Positions 1-12,290 of a stretch of 64,000 bases of DNA are shown here, piece by piece. The translations under genes were made by a program, and so were the position numbers. Within the stretch, counting starts at the first letter, position 1; every line of letters begins with the position of its first letter. Location of the stretch: NCBI GenBank assembly GCA_047967505.1, contig CM106538.1. One strand, written 5' to 3'. A model generated the notes under the pieces. It was not told the DNA's origin, did not search any database, and saw only the letters and a list, made by a program, of their open reading frames with translations. This stretch comes from Dipteris shenzhenensis (lineage: Eukaryota).

Positions 1-199
1 ATAATAAGGTTCTAATGACTATTGATTAACTAAATAATCATTCCTCTTGTCATGACATGGACTTCACGAGCGATATAGCCTTCACCAAAACACTACATTA
101 CCAAAACAACCGAAATTACCACCCCAGCCACAATTTCACTGCAGACCTAAGACAAATAACATATTCTCCATGGGCAGGCCCCATGAAGTCACTTCACCT

Positions 200-535
200 T
201 GTTACTTCATGGAAACAATTCGAAGGAGCCAATAATGACTCATCTGAAGTCCGAGGATTGAACACACGAGGATCGAACACACGACAAACACAACGACAAG
301 ATGACAAAACAAACCGACAAGTCTACTTGCAGTGAGCAGTAGGAATGTTGGTCGTCGGGTGATTATACACAGTGGGAGAGGAGGGGCTTTTTACTTTGTG
401 GAAACAATTCCAAGGAGCCAATAATGCATCATCTAAAGTTGATCCAAGGATCGAACACACAACACACACAACGACAAGATCACAACACAAACGAACAAGT
501 CTGCTTGCAGTGAGCAGCAGAAATGTTGGTCGTGA
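200..535. repeat. Diverged direct duplication in a WASHC4 intron (about 200-355 vs about 390-533)
   Basis: Shared blocks TGGAAACAATTC.AAGGAGCCAATAATG, GGATCGAACACAC and AAGTCT.CTTGCAGTGAGCAG.AG.AATGTTGGTCGT. Confidence 0.85.
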
Positions 536-986
536 AAGAGAGAGGGGGGGAGACACACAGAAACAGAGAGAGAATGTCAAGTTACTTACTATAACAACGA
601 TGCTAAGACTAAAAAACAAAAGAAGAATCAACGGAAGCACAAGAAAACAAATGAAACCCCAATGCTGCAAGGAAACGAGGTGTAAATATTACAATAGAAT
701 GTCAAACATCATCGTGGTTGATTGTAGTCTCTGAAAGGGACATAAACCTTGCTGAAATGGTGAAACCAATTGCTACTAATAAAATTCTGTCCGAGGTGAA
801 TGAAAGTTTTCACCTTCAGAAACTCTAGGTTTCTCATGATTCAGCTAAAGGGACTACTACTGCAGCCAGAAGGCCCTCACACGCATGGCACAGATGTGAA
901 AAAACAATACAAAAATGGTGGGTGCATACACCTCTGCTCAACTGTGCCAAATCCCAGAATTAAAAAATATATAATGTCAATATCAC

Positions 987-1104
987 CTGAAATATGCCAA
1001 CTTGCAAGACTTCTTCCATATCTGTTACCGTTCGATCCAGAGATTCCACCTGTTCAGGTTCTACTGCAAACTTTGAAGGCTCGCTTCTTACTGTGTGAAG
1101 CATT
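987..1104 (-). CDS. WASHC4: WASHC4-like coding exon 4 (gene presumably continues beyond the window start)
   Basis: TTGTAG acceptor, phase 2 join giving RMLHTVRSEPSKFAVEPEQVESLDRTVTDMEEVLQVGIFQ; CAG|GT donor at 986. Confidence 0.8.
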
Positions 1105-1194
1105 CTACAATAACCACAATCCTTGCATTAAATGTGCTTATCTACCGAATGGTCGTATCGAAATTGAGTTTGCCAGGAATTTCCCATTTCAAAC

Positions 1195-1541
1195 CTTATA
1201 AAAAGAGAGATAGCTTGCCCAATTGCCGGATTTTTGGTCACGATCTCATCCACCGTGATGAGTATGCAAAATCCATCTGCCAAGTTTAAAATCACGGTTT
1301 GCAAGTGCACATTTGCAAACGATGCATATCCCTTGTTTTTGCTGTCGCCTGGGTAGATAGCCTCTATTTGTCGCACGAGATTTCCCAAAACAGCTCGTAA
1401 CCTTCCTAAAAACTCAGTAAGATCGTAAAAGAAGAGAAAAGAACGACCAAACATCTTCTGTGGCTCTCCTTCTAAGACCAACTCCTCCGGACCCGTCGAA
1501 AGACCGAATGCGAACAGCTGGGGATAAAAACGCTTGTGGGC
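1195..1541 (-). CDS. WASHC4: WASHC4-like coding exon 3
   Basis: CAG acceptor at 1544-1542; AHKRFYPQLFAFG...LVLEGEPQKMFGRS...LITVDEIVTKNPAIGQAISLFI; GT donor at 1194. Confidence 0.85.
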
Positions 1542-1690
1542 CTGACGCAGGTAATCAAAAAAACAACCGTTGGAGAAGAAAAGTAGATGAGAACGATAGA
1601 GAGGCCTACAATTGACTTTGGCCTGTAAGCTGCTAGCTTAGCAAAATGAGCGTTTCTTTTAGAAAAATCAAAGGAGTCATATAAAAATAC

Positions 1691-1962
1691 CTGGCGACGG
1701 AGGCGGTCTATCTCAAGGCAATCGTAAGACAACACAGTAATCAACTTGTTGAAAAGAACGTTGTTGGTGTTAACAAGGCTGAGGATGGTTGATGACTCCC
1801 TGGGCTCAGTAGAGATGTGTACAGGATCAGAATTTATGTTGCCCACATCACTACAAACTGCTTCCAACACGTCCCCCTGGATGTCCGTGAATTTCAAGGA
1901 GACCTGGCTCCGCCATTCATCGACAAATCTGCGCAGCTTCTCCTGCTGTTCTTCTACCGTAA
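1691..1962 (-). CDS. WASHC4: WASHC4-like coding exon 2
   Basis: Pyrimidine-rich acceptor TTGCTTCCAG and GT donor at 1690. Translation VTVEEQQEKLRRFVDEWRSQ...DPVHISTEPRES...FNKLITVLSYDCLEIDRLRRQ resembles the N-terminus of plant SWIP/WASHC4 as I recall it. Confidence 0.82.
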
Positions 1963-2100
1963 CTGGAAGCAACAAAAACAAGACGATTGGAGCAGAAACT
2001 AAAGCTGCGAAGCAAAAAAATTGGGAAGCTGGTGCGTGTTGACACTGTACGCGATGCCCAAAACAAACCCAAAAAGCCAGAAAATGGTAAGCTGATTGAC

Positions 2101-2125
2101 CTGAAGCAGAGAAGGCCGATTCCAT
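2101..2125 (-). CDS. WASHC4: WASH complex subunit 4 (SWIP)-like gene, coding exon 1 (MESAFSAS + 1 nt)
   Basis: ATG at 2125; GT donor at 2100-2099; phase 1 joins exon 2 in frame (G+TT = Val). Confidence 0.7.
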
Positions 2126-3229
2126 GACTCTGTGTTCTCTGAGGAAAGAGGATGAATGGTGAGTTCACACATCTGTGGGAAAAGAGTGTATCAACGAAAT
2201 AGAATTGCCAGATGGCCGCCAATTGACGCAGGGGTTACACCCATTACCGGCCAGAGGTTGGCAGCCGGTTGCCCCAGTTTCCGACCAAGCATCGGCGGAC
2301 AACCAAGGCATGGGGAGGCGGCTGGACTAATCGCGCACATCCGACGGCTTGGAGAACTATCTACGGCCACACGAAGTGCATCGGTTACCCATCATAGGAC
2401 CTCGCTTTTCATCCAATCGAGCAGATGAGTATCGATCTTGGGCCATCAAATTCGAATGTGATCTCATGGCCTGCATTTGTTGCCACCGCCAAGCCCTACC
2501 AGAATGGCCATATATGTACTACGTTCCAGACATGGTGTTTGATTAGTCGGTCAAAGGTCTCTCCTCTTGTAGAGCAGCCAGTTATCTTATGGATCACTAG
2601 GGAGATTTTTTTTATCTAAGGATCGACTCTCCATCGACCCCCCGCCTTTGGTGGTACACAGCAGCGAACCACGAGTCAACAAGTTGCTAATTTATGTCAC
2701 CAAAGTGATTGGCGTAGTGGTTGGAGGAGATGGAATGAGGAGTTGGTGGCCATGGAGTGGGCGGCCATCATGGGCACACACAAATCTTTTGTGTCACCTA
2801 TCCAAGCCCGTGGATGGCCAGTGGGGGATAGCGTGAACCCAGCCTTAAATAACACTTTTTAACAACTCAGAAGGCAAGCACACTTGCTACATTGGCATTG
2901 TTCTACATTTGTTAAGGGAAGCTCCCACAATGTGCCCACCACGAGGCAAAACCAAGCTCACACCTAAAGGCTTCCTCGCATAGGCTAGTAGCGCTCAATT
3001 TGGCGTAGCATCGTCGTTTTGCAATGTCCCCACGAAATGCAATGTGGTACTTGTCTAGCGTTGCACCGCAAACCAAGAGTTTCCATATTCCACAATTCTA
3101 GCCCAGCAATCAACTACCGCTGGAGCATTTTGTCAAGATTTTGGCCAATGAAGATGGATTACATCATGTAGATCACAAAAAGGTTGGTAACAGTGTTTAA
3201 AATAAAGCTTCGTGTATATCAAAATGAGC

Positions 3230-5020
3230 CTATCACAATGGTGCTTAAAGTGTTATCTAGCATTAAGAATAGGTAGTCAACAATAACACTGGCATTGCTG
3301 ATTCTAGTTATCACGCACTACAAAATCTCAAGTGCAAGTTAGAACTCACTAGTATCCAACCCGTGGCAAGCCACGAGCAACATCTATCTCAGAACATTAT
3401 TCTTTCCAATAGTTTTGCTAATTCTTTTGTACTCTTATAAGTGGTATCTTTCTGAGATTGGAATTTGAGCAGGTATGAGAATTACCATAATATACGATAG
3501 AATTGAATTGACCTTTTTCAAAAAATCCATCCTCTCCTCTTCTTGAGATTCAATTATTTCCTCTGCCCTTGCTCTTTGCTTCAGCATTGAGTGCCTTATT
3601 AGTGTTCATGCCACCATACATCTTTATATATTGCTTTTGCTTAAAAATCATGGCAACCTCCTAGCTCATGTAATGGAGCGGCTCTCTAACTTGTTGTCAA
3701 TGCCATGATGAAGCCCTATTAGCTTAGAGGTAGCTTGCTCAATACAAGCCTTGCTCACCTTCTGAGGCTAATTGATCCAGCATGGGCACTACGTGCTAGA
3801 TGGATCAAGGGAATCACATTGTCCTTCGCGGTTTCTATGAGCATCACGCATGTTTGCATCTTGTTGTTCCCTAACAACGACGCTACCCATGTCCTCAAAT
3901 TAGATTTCTCTCATCATCAAAGCCATTGGCCTCTTTCCCGTTACCATCTCTGGTAGCATGATTCCAAAACTATATATGTCTACTTTATCGCTCACCTTCT
4001 GCGAGTATTGACATTACCATTTTGAAGTTACAAGTGCTATTTAGCAGTCACAATGGTGCTTCAAGTGCCATTTAGTAGTAAAACAAACTTGTAACTAGTA
4101 TTTAGCACTCTAAGTCGAGCAAACAACTAGTAGAGTCAGTAATAATAATAGTGTTGATAGTGCTAGTTATTAGTACTCACATTGGAGCATCTAGTGCTAC
4201 TTAGCACCCACAATATGAATGAAAGTCATAGTTAGCACTTGTAATAGACTTTCAAGTGCTATTTCTAGTGGTGTTTCAAGTGCTATTTAGCAGTAAAAGC
4301 AGACATGTAATTGGTAGTTAGCACTCTCAATCTAGGAAGCAAATGTAAGTCTGTAATAGCAGTGGTTTTAGTAGTGCTAGTTATCACCTAGAGTGGAGTC
4401 TCAACTACAACTTAGCACACACAATAGAGTGCGAAGTACTATTTTAGCACCCCAAAACACAATGGTAAGTACTATTTAGCACTCTGAGTTAAGAACTTTA
4501 AGTGTTAATTAAAACTCACTGCATAGCCGTTAATGCTAGTTAGCACTCATAGTGGAGTCACAACTAGTACTTAGAACTCACAATAGAATTGAAAGTCCTA
4601 CTAAGCACTCATAATGGTAATGAAAGAGCTAGTTCACACTCACAAAGGAGTTGCAATTGCTATTTATCAAAAGCAGTTGGATCTTCTAGTGCTACTTAGC
4701 ACTCACAGTAGGAATGAAAGTGCTAGTTGGCACTCACAATAGAGTTTCAAGTGCTATTTAGCAGTACGGTGGTGCTAGTAGTGCTTATTAGTAGTAGAAA
4801 AGACTTGTAACTAGTTGTCAACACTCTAAATTAAAGAAGCCACTAGTAGTCAACCATAGCAATTGTGTTGCTAGTGCTAGTTATATCTCATATTCGAGCT
4901 TCTAGTGCTACTTAGAACTCACAATAGGAATGAAAGTGCTAGTTGGCACTCACAATAGTATTTAAAGTAGTATTTAGCACTCACAATAGTTCTTCAAGTG
5001 CTATTTAGCAGTGAGAGTTA
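3230..5020. repeat. Degenerate tandem array with palindromic core AGTGCTA-nn-TAGCACT, interrupted at about 3349-4020
   Basis: Dozens of variants of AAGTGCTATTTAGCACTCACAATAG at about 25-35 bp spacing; longer block at 4684-4760 recurs at 4900-4975. Confidence 0.85.
3349..4015 (-). mobile_element. Helitron-like fragment (3' terminus at 3349) carrying a receptor-like kinase fragment
   Basis: Minus strand ends in hairpin CTCGTGGC-TT-GCCACGGG, 7 nt, then CTAG|T. 3925-4010 translates QYSQKVSDKVDIYSFGIMLPEMVTGKRP (RLK subdomain IX). The 5' TC end was not located. Confidence 0.65.
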
Positions 5021-7900
5021 TCATGCACCCATATATCCTCACATGCACTTGTTGTAAGTGCCCTATATTCTACTTCTATTGAAGACAAAGAAACAGTTGG
5101 TTGCTTGTTTGACAACCATGATATAGCACCTTGACCAAGGAAAAATGCATATCCTTGTGTGGATCTGCTGGTCTCATGATCTCTTGCATAGTCATTGTCA
5201 CAATATCCATGCAACCTTGGATGACTTTCTCTGTATTCTACTCCAAATTGTCTTGTACCTCTGATGTATCTCAAGACTCTCTTCGCTACATTCCAATGAG
5301 ACTGTTTTGGATTTGCAATAAAATGTGCAAATGATAGTCAGATATATAAGAGATCCAATGAGCTGCTAATAGTACTTGTCATTAATTGTAGGCCTTTCTA
5401 ATCTTTGATAAGTTTCAAACTCACTTCCATGGGAGTGGCAGCAGCAATCTTGCAATCTGCCATATGAAACTTCTTCAGGATAATGTCCACATATTTCTGT
5501 TGGCTCATGAAGGTGCTATCTGAGCCTTTCCAGAACTGAATTCCAAGACAATAGGGCATAAGTCCAAGATCTTTCATGTCGAACTCTGCAGATAAGTCTT
5601 GTTTGAGCTTGTTGATGAGGATGTCATTGCTTCATGTCACAATCATATCATCCACATACAAAAGTGCAATAGTGATGTCTTCCCCTTAAACTTTGTAGTA
5701 GAGCGTATGATCTGCATTGGACTTCATGTATCCCAGATTAGCAAAACACTTGTTAATCCTATTGTACCAACTTCTGGATGCTTCCTTTAAGCTGTAGAGA
5801 CTTTTCAGAAAACCCGATGCTCTTTCCATGGTTCGACATAACCTGTGGTTGTTGCATGTAGACTTCTTCATCTAAATAACCATTGAGAAAAGCACTTTTG
5901 ACATCTAGCTAGTATACATAATGCCATTTGCTGAGTGTTGCTGGTGATTCAAAAATCTTATGGAATCCATCTTTGCTACTTGGAGCATAAGTCTCATCAT
6001 AGTCTTGACCATATTGTTGTGCAAAACCTTTTGCAACTAATCTAGCTTTGTATCTTTCAATACTTTCATTTGGATTGTACTTCACTTTGTAAACCCATTT
6101 GTATGATATGGCCTTCTTTCTTGGTGGAAGGTCGCATAATTCAGAAGTATTGTTTTTGTACAAAGCTTATATTTCTTCATTCACAGCAGTTTGCCATTCT
6201 AGCTTGTCAACTATGTCTTTGAGATACACTGCCTCTTTTCTAGCCATGATGTGAGTCATAAGAGCATAGTTGGTGGTTTCAATCTAAATTACTTTGCCTT
6301 TGTGAGCATATGTCAATCTAGCTGGTGGTCTGCTTTCTTTGGTAGACCATCTGAGTTGCTGCTCTTCTCGAGGTGTCTTTGGCAATTCTTGCTCTTCTTC
6401 CAACCTTTTCTGTCAGTGATTGAGTAATCATTGTGTCTATCTCCTATGTATTTGATGTTTTCCAATCTGATTCTTCATTAAAGATTACATCTCTAGAGAT
6501 TATGGCTTTTCGATTGTTGGGATCATACAACTTGCATGCTTTGCTCTCTTCACTATAGCCAACCATGATGCATTTACATGACTTAACATCCAACTTTCAA
6601 CGATGATCGTCGTGTATGTGGGCATATGTTATGCAACCAAATATGCTGAGATCGGTTTGGTCGAAAGTTGATTAAGCAAGAAATTTGCAATGGCAATTGC
6701 TTTTGCCCAATACTGATTTGGGAAGATGCTTCTCACCAAGCATTGCTCCAGCACTATCTTTCTGCCTGTCTGGTTCTCAACCATGGCTTTGAATTCTTGA
6801 AATATGGAAAAGACTTCAGATTTCTCTTTAAAAAAGTAGACCCAACAATATCTGTTGTAGTCGTCAATGAAAGGCAAGTAGTAAAGTGAACCATTTATGC
6901 TGTGGGTTCGTGCATAACCCCATACATCTATATGAATCAAATCAAGAAATTCTCTTGCTCGAGAGGTGCTTCTTCCAAAATTGATTCGCTTTTGTTTACC
7001 GAAGCAACATGCTTTCGCAAACTTTTCTAAGAAACTAAAGTTTTGGAATTCCAATTGCCATATTCTGATTTCTTAGTTGCATTAGACTTTTGAAATTGAC
7101 ATGTCCATATCTCTTGTGCCATACTGTGGAAAGTGGCATCGGTTGCTTTGCTGAGCAGACATGGCATGCAAATTTGGTACTGAAGCTAGCATTATGAACT
7201 GTAATTGCGTTCTATCATTTGCCCAACTGATAAGAGGTTCTTGTTGAGCTTTGGAACATATAGTACATCTTTCACCAATCCTTTTGTACTAATGAAATTG
7301 TTCATAAGGACAATGCCTTTCCCTTGAACTGGATTTGTTGTGTTATCTGTAGTGTAGATAACATTCTTATGTTCTTATAATGGTTTCACCTCTATGAACC
7401 ATTCTTGATGCTTTATCATGTGAGATCATGCACTGCTGTTGATGTACCAACGATCATGATCACCTTAACAACTTGATGTTACATATTGCAATCAATGTCA
7501 AAGATACATTGTATCTGTTTTTTGCATATCGTCACTTGCAAGAAACATATTATGAGGTTCATTGGCATAATGACTATGAATTAAATGTCCATTGTGATGA
7601 TTTCCTCTTACTCTGAAATTCCCTCGTTTGCACCTTGGTCGTATTGCTTCTTGTGACAATCTCTTTCATAGTGTCCAAACTTATGACAATAGTTCCACTG
7701 AATGTTTGACATATTGGTGGATGCATTTCCTCATCCTTGAAATCTTCCTCTGTTGGAATGATTTCCTCTTAGATGCCGATGTTGATGCTACTAAATGATG
7801 ATGGTGATGCTGGTGCTGACTTTGATGTTGATGATGACTTCTCTAAGTTGCTCTATCTCTGCCTCTACTTCTATCTAAAGCTGTGATCATTAGAATGACC
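5020..7900 (-). mobile_element. Decayed Ty1/Copia internal region (gag zinc knuckle, PR, IN, RT, RNase H)
   Basis: DLIHIDVWG/FIDDYNRYCWVYF (IN), KWVYKVK..ERYKARLVAKGFAQQYGQDYDETYAP (RT), GYCDNDYA..RSTQGY..ISWLSNKQPTVSLSSIEVEY (RH); many stops and frameshifts; IN precedes RT; no LTR pair found. Confidence 0.92.
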
Positions 7901-8864
7901 TTTGCATGCTTGAATGGCTTGAGTCCTGAGTTCTTCACCAAAAGAATGGCCCACCACTACTTGGATTCCAAAGGCACTCGTGGTAGTCCCGCAAGAACCT
8001 ACTTTCCTTAAAGAAGTAACCCCACAAGAACCTACTACAAGAATGGCCCCAACCTCATCATTGACAACCTCTTAGTTCCCTAATCACCCCAATTTCTACG
8101 GAAGAACTTCAAGTGAGGGGAATCATATCAAGATCCCTCCCACTTTAGACTTAGTAGTCCCATAAGAACCTATTCCCATAATGGTGGTATCTCATAAGAA
8201 CCTACTGCGGTTAAGGAGTTCTAGCAATTGGATATAATGTTGCTACCTCTAGGGCAACACAAAGTGACAAAATTCACCATCGACACACTCGAGGCATTTG
8301 TGACAAGACCTTCCCTACCAATGATAGCGGCTCAATTGACCAATCCATTTTTTCTTGGTTGGCAACAAGGTATGCTGCCCTATTATTTTCTCAAGGGTAT
8401 GCATTCATCACTATGTAGCTTTAGGTGAGTGTCTAGGTTAGGCAACTTGCTGCATACTCACAAATCATAGGGACTTGTCCTTCAACATGAACTAGGTGAA
8501 TATGGATCAAGGCAGTTCTAGGGTCCCTAGGTTCACACATGCAGGGTAGCATACATGGATTTTCTTCACACACTCGTAAATGGGAGCTAGGTCAAATCTA
8601 GTAGTGAGTGTCAAGGTTTGGATAAGAGAATCTTCAAGGTGTCACGATGATATGAAGGTTTGAATTCAAAACTAGGCTAGGTCAAGAGTAAAATTTGTCC
8701 AAAAAATATCAAGAAATATCAAGGTAATCCAAAAATCCAAAAAATCGTAACTATCCAAACTGAGAAAAAAATGATGAATTAGAGTTAATTTAGTGATGTT
8801 GAATTAACCCACTGTGCATTGAATTAAGTCTAATTTAGCACCACTAAATTATAGCTAATTCAAT

Positions 8865-10925
8865 ACATAAGACTCCCAACCATTGATGCATAAGGAACCT
8901 TGGCCATCATGGCCCTCTCCTCATCTCATTTGGGACTATTTTCCTAACTCAATTTCACATATGGAGGCAATGGAGTACTTATAGCCTTGCCCCCCTCCAT
9001 ATTGAAACACTCCAATACTTTTGTAACATACTCCTGTGAAAGCCAAAGGAGTTTCCTACTCCGGTCACACGTGATGCACATACCAACAATATGACTTGTG
9101 GGTCCCAAATCCTTCATGTCAAAGGCCTCATGCAACTTGGCCTTTAATGCATCTAGTTCATAAGTGTTCTTGCTACCCAATAGTATATCATCTACATAAA
9201 GTTCCAGGAGTATCAGGCTACTATCCTTAGCCCTTGTAGTGTAGAGGCAGTGATCAATCTCAATTCTTTTGAAACCCTGGGACTGAATGAAAGCATCAAA
9301 CTTCTGATACCATTCTCTAGGCATTTGCTTAAGACCATAGAGGTTCTTTTTCAGCTTGCAAACCAAATGCTCTTTGCCCTTTTCTTCAAATCCTTCTGGC
9401 GGTACCATGTAGATTTCCTCATGTAGATCCCCATGCAAGAATGCTGTCTTGACATCCATCTGCATAAGCTCCATATCCTCTGCTGCCACAAGTCCAAGAA
9501 CACATCTAACTGTGTTCATCTTCACAACCGGAGAGAAGATCTCATCAAAGTCCACACTCTTCTCTTGCTTTAACCCTTTAGCAACCAAATGGGCCTTGTA
9601 CTTAGGCACCTCATAATTTGTGACTTTCATCTTGTAGACTCATTTACATGGCAATGCTTTCTTTCCATGTGGCAAAGAAACTAACTCCCAAGTCCTATTT
9701 TTCATGAGGGAATTCATCTCTGATTGCATACTCTGATTGCATAGCATACTCCCACTTGCATGGATCATGGCACATCATAGCCTTTCTATAGTAAGAAGGC
9801 TCCTCACAATCAGTAAGCATCACATAGTCTACCCTTGGAACAATCTCTCAGGTGGTCTAGACACTCTAGCTAATCTTCTCAAGGGAATTTCAGCTTGCTG
9901 TCATGCCTCCATATTAGCCTCATTGGGCTCATTATTTCCACCAATAGATGATCCATCATTTGCCCTTGATTGTGTACCTATGGGAGCACCATTTTTTGCA
10001 CATTTGGTGCATGGATAACTTGCTGTCTATCAACATATTTGGCTGGATTCACATCTTGGAAAGTGATTCTCCTCATTTCCACATTCTTCATGACATCATG
10101 GCTTTGTATGATCTTCTTTGCTTTTTGATCCCAGAGATGATAGCCCATCTCTCCACTTTCACCATAACCCAGAAAGATGCATTTCCTAGACATAGGATCT
10201 AGCTTCTTCTGAAGCTCTTTTGACACATGTGCATATTCCTCACACCCAAATATACGCAAATTATGAGAGTAAGAGGGATTCTTACCACACCATGCCTCTT
10301 CAAGAATACCACCATCCAAACAAACTCTTACTAGGTGATCAGTGGATCACATGCACTGCAGTCTTCATTACCTCAGCCCAAAAACCACCAAAAAGGCTTG
10401 CATTGGAAAGCATACATTGCAAGCTTTCCTGAATGGTGTGGTTCATCTTTTATGCAATAAGATTTTCCTCTAGAGTATGAGGGGATGTGAGCTTGCTCTT
10501 GATCCCACACGTATCACAGAAAATGCTAAAAGTCATGAGAGAGATACTCTCCACCATTGTCTGTCTATAGGCATTTAAGCGTTCCACATGATTGATTTTC
10601 AATCAAAGCCAGCCGTTTTTATAATACCTGGAACACATCATTCTTCTGAGCCATAGCATAAGCCCACACTTTCCTAGTTGCATCATCAATGAATGCCACA
10701 TAGTATTCAGCCCCGTGTAGGCATGGGACCACATACTCAAGCTTTTTAAGCTCTTTCTTTCCCCTTCTTCTATGGGTTGATTTAGACTGCTTCCCATAGA
10801 GTCAATGCTCACAAAATTCAAAGTTAGAAAAATTCAAATGCGGTACATAACCCAAACGGCATAAGAGTTTCATTCCATTTTGGCTCATATGGCCCAAGTG
10901 ACATTGCCACAAAGAAGTACTTGGC
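8865..10925 (-). mobile_element. Second decayed Ty1/Copia fragment (IN and RT)
   Basis: YKAHLVAKG..DFDEIFSPVVK..QMDVKTAFLHGDL..LYGLKQ..LYVDDIL (RT); LRIFGCEEYAHV..KLDPMSRKCIFLGY (post-IN). Confidence 0.92.
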
Positions 10926-12139
10926 TACTCGATTATTGCAACAACATGATCAGACACCCTTGATGTCACAATCTCAGAGGGATTTGCTATCCAATTACCA
11001 CCCAGCCAACGGATTTCCCTTTTATGAGTTCGCCTCCTGCTATCCTTTTCTTTTTTGTGAGAACCATCTTTCTTGATCTCCTTTCCACTTAGAGCTCCTC
11101 TTTTGGAATCCTCCCACCTAGCCCAGTGTTTGCCATGTTGATTCCTCATGTTCTGCCATGTGTCCATATTGGACCCTTTAATAGACCCCTTTAAAGGGCA
11201 TTCCCAAATTTAGTGATTCTCACTTCGTCTAACAAAAACCAGTGATTTAGGGAGTCATTAAATGCTTGCGTAACCTCAATAAACACGTCCTTCAAAAAGA
11301 CAAAAATTTAATAGTTCTCATTTTGTCCAACAAAGACCAGAGATTAATGGAGTCATTAATGCTTGCTTATCACACCTCAATGAACAAGGCCATAGAGCCT
11401 CTAAGGCCTCAAGAAATTGAGTTTCTAAACTACCATGAAGCATTATAGAAGCTGATACCTTTAAACCACAAGACAGACAATGCGTATGCTAGAAAAAATT
11501 TAGCCTGTAGGTGATAGCAGAAAGAGGCATCAAGGATACTTGTTAGGTTTTCCTTACTTCAGAGTTTGAATCATCACCATTGATTTTGTTTCAATCTAAG
11601 GACATGTAACACCTACTCAAATACTGACCAAAATTGATCCTCTCCTGTAGACTCTACCATGGCTATTCAGAAGCTCCTACTCCATTAGACATAGGCATTG
11701 CAAGGGCTTGCTCAAGAAGAGAGTTTTTATCACCCTGCATTCAAAAAAGAGAACACCAGCATATAAGCAAGATGCATATAGCCATATTATGGAGACTTAA
11801 AATCTTCAAGTTGTGAACAAAGTGCCATATAGCTAGGTTAGGTTTATTATGCTTTTTGCCAAGTTAGATAGATATAAGACTTTTGTATTATAAAAATAAC
11901 TAAATAAAATATTGAGGATATCGAATTACCATCAAATTTGGTGCTCTCCTTGCACTTGTAGTAATGCAACATTTCTAGCTTGTATAACTCTTTTTATAGC
12001 TGCCTCTTGTCTAGATTGCTCTTCTTCCATGGAAACATGCAGCGAAAGGGCAAGTTCTATATCCTAATTTGGATCCACACCAAACTCAAACTCGCCTGCA
12101 CTACCAACAACAGCTACTATTGCAATAGAGGCAGTAGTA

Positions 12140-12290
12140 CCAATTCCCCCTTCCCCATTGGGCCATCACCTGTGAAAATAGCTACAGAACCTTGTGAGCT
12201 GATTGCATATGACATAACGGGACCTTTTCCTACATTATCAAGACAAAATGCAACAAGCTATTGTCCAAGCTGAAATGGATGCTGCAAATC
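12140..12290 (+). mobile_element. Short LTR-retrotransposon integrase-like fragment
   Basis: PVKIATEPCELIAYDITGPFP resembles the start of a Gypsy rve domain (PFxxxxxDxxGPFP). Confidence 0.5.

Noticed and set aside
748-860. Possible fifth WASHC4 exon
   Set aside because: The candidate acceptors give in-frame stops and no recognisable similarity.
1472-2125. 217 aa ORF as a single-exon gene
   Set aside because: Reads through two introns of the WASHC4-like gene.
4030-5020. CRISPR-like appearance of the palindromic repeats
   Set aside because: Repeats are degenerate, linkers are short and related to each other, no cas genes, eukaryotic context.
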